Assembly (NCBI GenBank): GCA_043822705.1
Contig: JBDRBK010000150.1
Coordinates: 1-13,369, forward strand
Length of the DNA stretch: 13,369 nt
From: Fidelibacterota bacterium
GTDB taxonomy: Bacteria > Fidelibacterota > Marinisomatia > Marinisomatales > TCS56
Reading direction: 5' to 3'
A program made the position numbers and the translations under genes. The notes beneath the pieces were generated by a model. That model saw nothing but the letters and a program-made list of their open reading frames with translations, was not told the DNA's origin and did no database searches. This document shows, piece after piece, positions 1 to 7,328 of the stretch (position 1 is the stretch's first letter; each line of letters opens with the position of its first letter).

Positions 1-234
1 ATTCAGCAATTCCCAGTTATGCGGTTTATTTGCCATTGAATAACCCTTGACTAATCCAAATTGTACTTGAATTTACATCTAATTACAGAGTCTGAAACTA
101 AGCCGCACTTCACTTTTCGTGTATGCCCAGCAAAGTCATAATTATTCACCAGCGCAGTTACCATATAATCAATCGCTTAAAAATATACCAAATACTTTGG
201 AATTTAAAGGCTTATATCATCGGAGTACTCTGGA

Positions 235-272
235 ATGTTGATAAATGTTGAAACCCTAACATTTATTAACAT
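235..272. repeat. 15-bp inverted repeat with an 8-nt spacer, itself made of 10-bp-period sub-repeats
   Basis: ATGTTGATAAATGTT (235-249) and AACATTTATTAACAT (258-272) pair with one mismatch. AATGTTGA occurs at 234-241 and 244-251. Confidence 0.85.
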
Positions 273-874
273 CTAAAAACGGTTTTTATCCAAAGTGTTC
301 TGAAGTTACATTACTTCAAATTTCAATTGAAAATATCAATCAACATTAAGCAAATATTAACTTATCCTATCTTTAGGTATATTTAAGCTTTACAAAATTA
401 CGCGGGATTCTAAAATGTTTGATTTTGTTGGGTTGTCTATATCCCGTAAACCCTTACTGCGATTTTTGACTATCAAGTTTTGTCAAGTTCTCCAATTATT
501 AATGTCAACATCTGGTTATTGCTGAATTGTAATAAATATTTGGTTACACCGGACTAATCAGATATTCCCATAACAATATTATTATACTATCCTTACAAAT
601 ATATCGGAACGCTGATTTTGTATACTTTTGTAACCTTTGCATTTGTTATTCATTTGTTTTACAAATTGGGAAATCTCCTGTTTTTTCTGTCTTACAGGTA
701 ATTTTAACTGTCAGTTTATAGTTTTACTTTGGTTGCCCATGCTGTATTCTTTTTATTTGTAATACATTTGCTTATAAAAAGAACCGAAACCGAAACGTTG
801 TTTACATATTGTTTTTCAACACAAATTTAAAAATTCGTAGTGTATATAGAGCTTAATTAATAAAGAATGGTACA

Positions 875-1768
875 TCAATCCACCCGAATCCCATACCTTA
901 ATAAAAACTTTGGCAAATAATCATCAAGGTTTTCAACATGCTTATTGGACAATTCAATTAAATTGAAATTTTCCCGCTTATAAACAGATTTCTTAATTTC
1001 TTTCCTTTTAGCATATTTATCATCTTCTTCCAAACCCCAGTATTCAATGTACACCGATTCACTTCCTTTTTTTGCAGGAATATAAAAATCACAATATACA
1101 TCTTCTTCTACGGGTAGCAATCTTTCGTATGCATGAGTTAATCCGTAGTCATATAGTGCATTATCTATTATTACTTCGCCGCGTGATCGGACCATATGAC
1201 CATCCTTAGTTCTAAGGGTAGCAGGAAACTTGGATCTGAAATCTGTTTCATCTGACGCATGTTTGCCTTCGGCCTTAATTTCACTTGAGCTACTTCTATC
1301 ATGTATTTCACCAAGGGAAGATAGAAGATTTTTATTTGATAATATATCATCTGGCCACATGACATATGTTCCACCTGATGGATGATCAAACTGAACGCCA
1401 CCCACCTTCCCGCCAAGCCTGGTTATTTCCCAACCCTTAATACCCTTTTCTACCCAACCTATCTCGGCAAAAATCATATTAACTCGCTGGTTTGATATAC
1501 CTAATTGAGTTCCGATCTTTGTAGCGTTAAGTAATTCCTTCTGTTTTGAATTATCAATTGAATATGGATTGAAATTCTCAGGCCACACTATAAATTCACC
1601 ATATTTTTCATTTACTACAATCTCTCCACCCGCAGACATGCCTTTTTTAGTCAAATGCCATGATTCCTCTTTTCTATAAATGAATTTATCATCTAACAAT
1701 TTCTTGAATAAATCCTGGCTACTCATATTTAATTTTTTACTTAGCGATGTAGTGGACAGTGTTTTCAT
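875..1768 (-). CDS. Tandem winged-helix-like (antirepressor KilAC-like) repeat protein with a C-terminal PD-(D/E)XK/Vsr-like nuclease-fold domain
   Basis: 297-aa ATG ORF in stop-rich AT-rich DNA. Residues ~4-66 and ~80-142 align ungapped at offset 76 (W37/W113, T40/T116, G43/G119, GG47-48/GG123-124, G57/G133, WP62-63/WP138-139). The C-terminus has TKDGHMVRSRGE...AYE...DFYIP...YIEYWG, recalled as a restriction-endonuclease-like domain also found in some HelD-type helicases. The domain calls come from motif recognition, not a search. Confidence 0.7.
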   Translation of the reverse strand: MKTLSTTSLSKKLNMSSQDLFKKLLDDKFIYRKEESWHLTKKGMSAGGEIVVNEKYGEFIVWPENFNPYSIDNSKQKELLNATKIGTQLGISNQRVNMIFAEIGWVEKGIKGWEITRLGGKVGGVQFDHPSGGTYVMWPDDILSNKNLLSSLGEIHDRSSSSEIKAEGKHASDETDFRSKFPATLRTKDGHMVRSRGEVIIDNALYDYGLTHAYERLLPVEEDVYCDFYIPAKKGSESVYIEYWGLEEDDKYAKRKEIKKSVYKRENFNLIELSNKHVENLDDYLPKFLLRYGIRVD

Positions 1769-1877
1769 TGTAGCAATTCCCAGTAATTATTGCATATCTT
1801 GATTTCTATCATCCCACATTAAGCCTAGTTACTGTATATCCAACATTAAAAAATATTCAGAATAAATTGAAAAGGAA

Positions 1878-1925
1878 AGGCCTATGTCAGTTGAATTATT
1901 TGACAAATAATACTCGATTAGGCCT
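1878..1925. repeat. Nested inverted repeat, possible operator upstream of the island gene
   Basis: Perfect ATTATTTG-A-CAAATAAT (1895-1911), enclosed by AGGCCTA (1878-1884) and TAGGCCT (1919-1925). Confidence 0.7.
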
Positions 1926-2021
1926 CTGGGTTATCCTCAGGAATGAATAAAGGGTATGTCACCGTTATTACAAACTTTCCCTAAAAGTCGTGAGCTGCAT
2001 ATACACTGACAATGGCGGGAG

Positions 2022-2064
2022 CGTGTCCCGACAATCGTGTCCCGAAAACGACATTTGGGGACAC
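2022..2064. repeat. Direct plus inverted repeats resembling tyrosine-integrase arm-type sites
   Basis: CGTGTCCCGA at 2022-2031 and 2036-2045, with the inverted core GGGACAC at 2058-2064, close to the tRNA 3' end. Confidence 0.6.
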
Positions 2065-2095
2065 AATCCGAAACAGTATGACACTTTTACTTGGC

Positions 2096-2129
2096 AAAAT
2101 AAAACTGCTCTTTCTCGTCGAGAAAAGGG
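2096..2129 (-). terminator. Possible intrinsic terminator downstream of tRNA-Arg
   Basis: The minus strand reads CCCTTTTCTC-GAC-GAGAAAGAGC followed by AGTTTTATTTT. The stem is weak and A/U-rich. Confidence 0.4.
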
Positions 2130-2142
2130 ATTTGTCGAGGAG

Positions 2143-2216
<74 letters not shown>

Positions 2217-2281
2217 AAAGTCGACAAACAATTATGAATTAACAATTATCGATCAGTAAAAAGACGACGCTAAATTTAGCT

Positions 2282-3013
2282 ATGACATTACTACATACGG
2301 AACTCATTAACGGCGTTAAAATTGTCCGGTTAAACTACGGCAAGGCCAACGCCATCGACGATTCGTTGCTGGAAGCACTGACTGCCGCAATTGACGGGGA
2401 AGATCAGCGCGGGATCGTCCTGACCGGCAGCGCCGGATTTTTCTCAGCCGGATTGAACCTGCCACGGCTGGTGCATTACGACCGATCGGCGATGGTTACA
2501 CTGATGCGGAAATTCCATGAATTTCAGGTACAGATCCTGTCCAGCTCCTGTCCCGTGGTGGCGGCCGTGAACGGCCACTGTATCGCTGGCGGTTATATCA
2601 TCGCCCTTAACTGCGATTACCGAATCGCTGCTTGTAGCGACTACCTGATCGGATTGAACGAGATGGTACTGGGCATCAGTCTGCCACCGATTGCCAGTGC
2701 GCGGATCGACCAATTAGGCGCGACGATTTCCACTACGGCTTTGATCGGTGGTGAATTATTTACGCCGGTGAAAGCCCACAGCCTGCGTCTGGTCGATCGG
2801 ATTGTCAGCAGTGATGAATTACTGGCAGCCAGTCTGGAACATATCGAACACTTGCAAACCGTGGATAAAAAAGCGCACAATGCCGGTTTGATCGCCACCC
2901 TTTCACATGATTTTGACCAGTTATATGCGCCATTCCTGGAAACCTGGTTTTCCGAATCGGCGCAGACCCATATCCGTAAGTTGGCCGCGAAACTGGGAAA
3001 TTCGCGGAAATAA
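2282..3013 (+). CDS. Enoyl-CoA hydratase/isomerase (crotonase) family protein, resembling delta3,delta2-enoyl-CoA isomerases
   Basis: Crotonase motifs KANAID, FFSAGLNL, PVVAAVNGHCIAGG, CDYRIA, IGLNE and LVDRIV. Confidence 0.92.
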   Translation: MTLLHTELINGVKIVRLNYGKANAIDDSLLEALTAAIDGEDQRGIVLTGSAGFFSAGLNLPRLVHYDRSAMVTLMRKFHEFQVQILSSSCPVVAAVNGHCIAGGYIIALNCDYRIAACSDYLIGLNEMVLGISLPPIASARIDQLGATISTTALIGGELFTPVKAHSLRLVDRIVSSDELLAASLEHIEHLQTVDKKAHNAGLIATLSHDFDQLYAPFLETWFSESAQTHIRKLAAKLGNSRK

Positions 3014-3069
3014 TGCCCCAATGGCGGAAAAAATCGACGACAATTATCGATTTTATCGACGAAAAAAAC

Positions 3070-3099
3070 TTGACAATAATTGGAAACTAATGCTACACT
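3070..3099 (+). promoter_or_regulatory. Sigma70-type promoter for the 74-aa gene
   Basis: TTGACA (3070-3075), an 18-bp spacer ending in TGC (extended -10), and TACACT (3094-3099). There is an A-tract just upstream and an AAGGAG RBS downstream, before ATG 3150. Confidence 0.7.
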
Positions 3100-3149
3100 T
3101 CCCGTCGAAGAATCTATTATTCTGTAAATAACCAACAAAGGAGAGATTT

Positions 3150-3374
3150 ATGGCTGAAGTCGTGAAGAAAACTGGCATTGGCAAAGAAAAAGGCTATTTA
3201 TACTATCTGGGTAAAGACGGAAATGTTTGGCGCTCGAAAATGGCTCGGGCCGGTAAAGGGGGCGGAGAAGCCAAGAAAGTAGCCGATGCTGGTGTTAAAC
3301 GGGAAGCAGGGTATCTGTACTTCATCGATAAAGACGGAAATGTCGCTCGCGCTAAAATGGCCCGTGGCCGCTAA
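3150..3374 (+). CDS. Small basic protein with two 39-aa-period repeats (GYLYxxxKDGNVxRxKMAR); function unknown
   Basis: Strong RBS, its own promoter and terminator, and a clear internal duplication (TAAAGACGGAAATGT at 3212-3226 and 3329-3343). It has 18 K/R versus 8 D/E. Confidence 0.92.
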   Translation: MAEVVKKTGIGKEKGYLYYLGKDGNVWRSKMARAGKGGGEAKKVADAGVKREAGYLYFIDKDGNVARAKMARGR

Positions 3375-3401
3375 CCGATCGGAAGATAATTTTGATCAAC
3401 T

Positions 3402-3430
3402 AATGGCCTTCGTCTGAAGGCCATTTTTTT
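3402..3430 (+). terminator. Rho-independent terminator
   Basis: AATGGCCTTC-GTCT-GAAGGCCATT perfect stem running into a T tract. Confidence 0.92.
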
Positions 3431-3498
3431 ATCCCGGCCGGAATAATGAAAGATCGCTGTTCGGAAACTTGCGACCGCGAGCCGGATCGGCCAATTTA

Positions 3499-4788
3499 AT
3501 GCGGGGCTTGAAACACCAGGGTTACTGGTGGTGTCTGATTATCGCCGGTTGTTTGTGGACGGTCTCCCTTGCCGCCGAAAAACCGCTGGTCACCAGCATC
3601 AGTTTTGTCGGCAACGATAGGACGCAGGAATACATCCTCCGGCGCGAGCTTTGCCACCCCCTGTCGGTCCCCCTGGATTCGACCCTGATGAACCAGGATC
3701 GCGACCGGCTGGATAATCTGCACTTGTTCAGTATGGTGCGCTGGTTTGCCTACCCGCAGCCGGACAGTACTGTGGAGGTTAAATTTTTCCTGGTGGAAAC
3801 CTGGCGCTATCTGCCGGGTCTGGCGCCGGTGTACGATGAAAAAACCGGTTGGTCGTTGTCCGGCCTGTTGCTGGTGAACAATTTCCGCGGCCGCAACCAG
3901 AGCCTGCAATTTTCCGGGATTGTGGGTGGCCTGTCCAGCTTCGGACTGTCGTTTTATGATCCCTGGATCGCCGGCGACCGGATATCGCTGGAATTGCAGT
4001 ACCAGAACCAGCATTATAGCCATTTTTTCCTGCCTTTTAATGAGCGTCGTACCGGCGCGACACTCACCATTGGTAAAAAAATCAATAATCAGCATAAGTT
4101 ACGCGGCGGTTTGGAATTACGCCACCAAGTATTCACAAAAACGTCTTATTCCAAGAAATTTGATTACCTGGTACCGTCGGCGACTTATTATAATGACACC
4201 AGGAATATCTACAGCGATCCTTTCCGCGGCCACTTGCTCCAGAGTACGCTGGCTGTCGGAGCCGCCAGCGACGGTACCGGTAACAATTATTTAAATCTGT
4301 ACAATTCCTGCAGTGTTTTCCGGAAGTTGGCGGGGACCGAACACCGGCTGGTGCTGGCCGCCAACCTGCGCGGCGACCTGCGCTTCGGTTACCGGCACGA
4401 TCTGCTGGTCCAGTACTTGGGTGGAGCATTTACGGTGCGCGGTTGGGTGCCGCCGGATCGCCGGATTTACGCCGATCCCGCCCGGGAATTCCGTTTCGGT
4501 CATCAACTGCTGATCGCGGCGCTGGAATTGCGTCAGACCTTGATTCCCAAGTTTGTCACTGAGCTGCAGAACGAAGCGGGATTGATTACAGTCATCTTTT
4601 TCGATGCCGGTCTGATCAGTCCCGATATCGCCGGACTGGTCCGGCAGCAGCCCTTATTCGGAACCGGAATCGGCCTGCGGATACCATTCCCGCTGGTCGG
4701 GCAGATGCGCCTCGACTATGGCTGGGGTTATCACGCCGGCAAACCGGCCGGGCCGCGCCTGCACCTGGCATTCGGCCACAGTTTCTGA
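3499..4788 (+). CDS. Omp85 (BamA/TamA) family outer-membrane protein, single POTRA domain plus beta-barrel
   Basis: Signal-peptide-like N-terminus from ATG 3499 (the ORF track starts at TTG 3469). POTRA motif ISFVGNDRTQEYILRREL...RLDNLHLFS, followed by NNFRGRNQ, loop-6 VRGW, FFDAG, GIGLRIPFPLVGQMRLDYGWG and a terminal Phe. Confidence 0.88.
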   Translation: MRGLKHQGYWWCLIIAGCLWTVSLAAEKPLVTSISFVGNDRTQEYILRRELCHPLSVPLDSTLMNQDRDRLDNLHLFSMVRWFAYPQPDSTVEVKFFLVETWRYLPGLAPVYDEKTGWSLSGLLLVNNFRGRNQSLQFSGIVGGLSSFGLSFYDPWIAGDRISLELQYQNQHYSHFFLPFNERRTGATLTIGKKINNQHKLRGGLELRHQVFTKTSYSKKFDYLVPSATYYNDTRNIYSDPFRGHLLQSTLAVGAASDGTGNNYLNLYNSCSVFRKLAGTEHRLVLAANLRGDLRFGYRHDLLVQYLGGAFTVRGWVPPDRRIYADPAREFRFGHQLLIAALELRQTLIPKFVTELQNEAGLITVIFFDAGLISPDIAGLVRQQPLFGTGIGLRIPFPLVGQMRLDYGWGYHAGKPAGPRLHLAFGHSF

Positions 4789-4794
4789 TATATT

Positions 4795-5451
4795 TTATTT
4801 TTTACGACGCAGCAGCATCGCTTTTTCGAAACGGTTTTCGGTCCCGTTGCGCAGCCGTCCGATATTGCTGCGGTGGGTGAAAACCACAAAAAACGGCACC
4901 AGCAAACCGAACACAATCAGGGAAAAAGACGCCGGTGTTATTCCGGTCAGTGGCGGCAGGATCAGCAGAAAGACCGGCAGCGCCGTGGCCGCCAGCATCG
5001 ATCCGACCGATACATAGCCGGTGGACATCAGGGTCAGGATGAACACGATCAGGCAGAGCGGAAAGGCGATCGGGAACAGCGCCAGCAGCATCCCGGCCAG
5101 GGTCCCCACGCCCTTGCCGCCGCGAAAACCGGCGAAGATGGTGTAGGTATGTCCCAGCACGGCGGCGAAGCCGCACAGTATCTGCACCAGTCCGCTATCA
5201 CTGATCGCCAGTCGACCGGGAAACAGTTGCAGCGCCAGCACGGCCGCCGGCAGCCAGCCTTTGAAGATATCGACGATAACCACGATCAGGGCCGGTTTCC
5301 ACCCCAACACCCGGAATACATTGGTGCCGCCGGCATTGCCGCTGCCGTGTTCGCGGATGTCGATACCGCGCGTCAATTTACCCACGATGATGCTGGTGGG
5401 GGTCGATCCGATAATATAGCTCAGCAAAAGTAACAGAATTAATTCCAGCAC
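4795..5451 (-). CDS. plsY: Glycerol-3-phosphate acyltransferase (acyl-phosphate dependent)
   Basis: Motifs YIIGS, DIREHGSGNAGGTNVFR, DIFKG, GHTYTIFAGFRGGKGV and HRSNIGRL. GTG start with a GGAGG RBS inside the upstream gene end. Confidence 0.97.
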   Translation of the reverse strand: MLELILLLLLSYIIGSTPTSIIVGKLTRGIDIREHGSGNAGGTNVFRVLGWKPALIVVIVDIFKGWLPAAVLALQLFPGRLAISDSGLVQILCGFAAVLGHTYTIFAGFRGGKGVGTLAGMLLALFPIAFPLCLIVFILTLMSTGYVSVGSMLAATALPVFLLILPPLTGITPASFSLIVFGLLVPFFVVFTHRSNIGRLRNGTENRFEKAMLLRRKK

Positions 5452-5453
5452 GA

Positions 5454-7244
5454 TTAGTCCTCCAATTCTTGAACAACGATTGCCATCGTGCCCGGACCAG
5501 CATGGACACTCAGCGCCGGTCCCACCTGGGCGACCAGGACATTTTCTGCGCCATAAAGCCGGCGCAACTGGACGGCGACTTTTTCTACTTCATAGAAGTT
5601 GGTCGTATAGGCCACGCCGAACCGGTATTTTTTTGCTTTGGACAATTTTTTCAGAGTCCATTTCAACAGCAGTTCCGGCCGGTTGCGGATACCGAAAGTC
5701 TTGCCGGCGGTGCTCAGTTTGCCGTCCGGTCCAACCGTCAGAATCGGATTCATCCGAATGATATCGGCCACCGTCTTGACCGCCTTGGGGACCCGGCCGC
5801 CGCGGACGGCAAATTCCAGCGATTCCAGTCCAATGTAAATTTTGGTCTTGGCTATGGCGCGTTTAGTGATTTCCAGGACGTCGTCGAGGTCGTGACCGGC
5901 TTGAATCGCTTCGCCGGCGGTCAGGGCAATCAGTCCGGCGCCCACCGACAGGTTCAGTGAATCGACGACTTCGATCCGGCAGTCGCTGACTGCCTTGGCC
6001 CCGCCGATTGCTGACTGGCAGGTTCCGCTGGAACCGGCGGGAATATGGACCGAGATGATCGACCGGTAATTGTTGGCCAGCAACTGGTACTGCCGTTTGA
6101 AATCGCCGGGAGACGGTTGCGATGTTTTCGGGTGATGGGGACTGACCGCCACTTTGGCCCAGAACTCATCGACGGTCATGCCGACGCGATCGACGATCAT
6201 TTCATCGCCGAAGCCCAGTTTGACCGGGACGACGTGGATATTCATCTTTTCCAGCAGTACTTCGGGCAGATCGCAGGCGGAATCCATCACGACGGCGATA
6301 TCGCCATGGACGGCGTGAGCGTCCTTCTGCTGCTGCAGCATGTCATCGGCCTTCTCGTCGACTATGGTCCCGGCTGTCTGGCAAATATCGAATACGGTCT
6401 GTGGCGTGTCAGTATGGATATGGACCTTGACCTTTGCGGCGGTGCCGGCCAGCACGATACTGTCGCCGAGTCCCTGCAGTCTCTTCTTCAACTCACCACG
6501 ATCGATCGCGTTACCGGTGATAGTGCACTCGGTACAATATTGGTATTTGCCGTCGAATTCGGCCTGAACGGATTTGGTCTGGGCCCGTTCGCGCCGCTCG
6601 GCCTGACGTTTATATAATTTGATTTTCCCCTTGGTGATAAACTCCTGCATCCCCTCTAACAGGTATACGAAACCCTGGGCGCCGGCGTCCACCACCCCGG
6701 CCTTTTTCAGCACTTCCAGTTTATTGGGTGTATCCTCCAGTGATTGCTGGGCCCGTTCCAGACCGTTATGCAGCAGTTCCCGGAAATCGGAGACACGGTC
6801 GTGGTGCTTGTGAATATACTCGGACCATTCACGGATTACGGTCAGGATCGTGCCTTCCCGCGGTTCCATCAGCGCTTCGTAGGCCCGGCCGCAGGCGTTT
6901 TCCACCGCCTGGGAGAATTGTTTGGTCCCGATTGTGATTTTATCCTGAATCGCCTCGGCGAATCCCACCAGGAACTGGGCCAGGATCACCCCCGAATTGC
7001 CGCGGGCGCCATCCAGGGCGGAGTCGGCGATCTTCTGGCTCATCTCATTGATATCCGGATGATCGTTGGCGTCGATTCCATCCTGAATCGCCGTCAGGGT
7101 ATAGGCCATGTTGGTGCCGGTGTCGCTGTCGGGGACCGGAAAAACATTGATTTTGTTGAGGTAGTCCTCGCGTGCCAGGACCCGCTGCAACCCGGCGTGC
7201 AGCACTCGATAAAGGCGTCTTCCGTCAAGATAATTGATTGCCAT
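5454..7244 (-). CDS. DAK2-domain fatty acid kinase (FakA-like) fused to a DegV fatty-acid-binding (FakB-like) domain
   Basis: The N-terminal part has LNKINVFPVPDSDTGTNM, GARGNSGVIL, EGTILTV, VVDAGAQG, YCTE and KVHIHT. From about residue 315 it has DegV motifs VVMDSACDLP, PKTSQPSPG, SSGT, VVDS, RGGR and VHAGPG. Confidence 0.93.
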   Translation of the reverse strand: MAINYLDGRRLYRVLHAGLQRVLAREDYLNKINVFPVPDSDTGTNMAYTLTAIQDGIDANDHPDINEMSQKIADSALDGARGNSGVILAQFLVGFAEAIQDKITIGTKQFSQAVENACGRAYEALMEPREGTILTVIREWSEYIHKHHDRVSDFRELLHNGLERAQQSLEDTPNKLEVLKKAGVVDAGAQGFVYLLEGMQEFITKGKIKLYKRQAERRERAQTKSVQAEFDGKYQYCTECTITGNAIDRGELKKRLQGLGDSIVLAGTAAKVKVHIHTDTPQTVFDICQTAGTIVDEKADDMLQQQKDAHAVHGDIAVVMDSACDLPEVLLEKMNIHVVPVKLGFGDEMIVDRVGMTVDEFWAKVAVSPHHPKTSQPSPGDFKRQYQLLANNYRSIISVHIPAGSSGTCQSAIGGAKAVSDCRIEVVDSLNLSVGAGLIALTAGEAIQAGHDLDDVLEITKRAIAKTKIYIGLESLEFAVRGGRVPKAVKTVADIIRMNPILTVGPDGKLSTAGKTFGIRNRPELLLKWTLKKLSKAKKYRFGVAYTTNFYEVEKVAVQLRRLYGAENVLVAQVGPALSVHAGPGTMAIVVQELED

Positions 7245-7294
7245 TGCTGTATTTACTATCTCCGGTAATTAGACAGATTTTTGCCGGCTAATTT

Positions 7295-7323
7295 ATTATA
7301 AAAGCCGTAAAAAAATATCAAAA
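7295..7323 (-). promoter_or_regulatory. Candidate promoter for the fak-fusion/plsY operon
   Basis: Perfect TATAAT (7300-7295 on the minus strand), with TTGATA 15 bp upstream (suboptimal spacing), in an AT-rich intergenic gap. Confidence 0.45.
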
Positions 7324-7328
7324 TTCGG

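Larger units (their letters stand above)
1..2142. mobile_element. Edge of a putative genomic island integrated at the 3' end of tRNA-Arg(TCT); continues beyond the left window edge
   Basis: Abrupt switch to AT-rich DNA on the 3' side of the tRNA, low gene density, an accessory-type gene, and direct/inverted GTGTCCC repeats about 80-120 bp from the tRNA end. No integrase or duplicated tRNA 3' end is seen in the window. Confidence 0.65.

Noticed and set aside
580..770. Short minus-strand ATG ORFs downstream of the 297-aa gene
   Set aside because: All about 25 codons or fewer, with no well-placed RBS, so there is no support for a small partner gene.
782..796. AACCGA-AACCGA-AAC short tandem repeat
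   Set aside because: Only about 2.5 copies of a 6-mer, compatible with chance.
1171..1416. 81-aa minus-strand ORF nested in the 297-aa gene
   Set aside because: Alternative frame inside a well-supported CDS, with no recognisable motifs.
1..2142. Possible CRISPR array, integron attC cassettes or retron ncRNA in the AT-rich region
   Set aside because: No regularly spaced repeats, no convincing RYYYAAC...GTTRRRY-bounded hairpin after the gene, and no cas, integrase or reverse transcriptase gene in the window.
2444..3138. ORFs 2444-2713, 2641-3138 and 2907-3131
   Set aside because: They overlap the crotonase gene or the promoter of the 74-aa gene and have no RBS or protein-like features.
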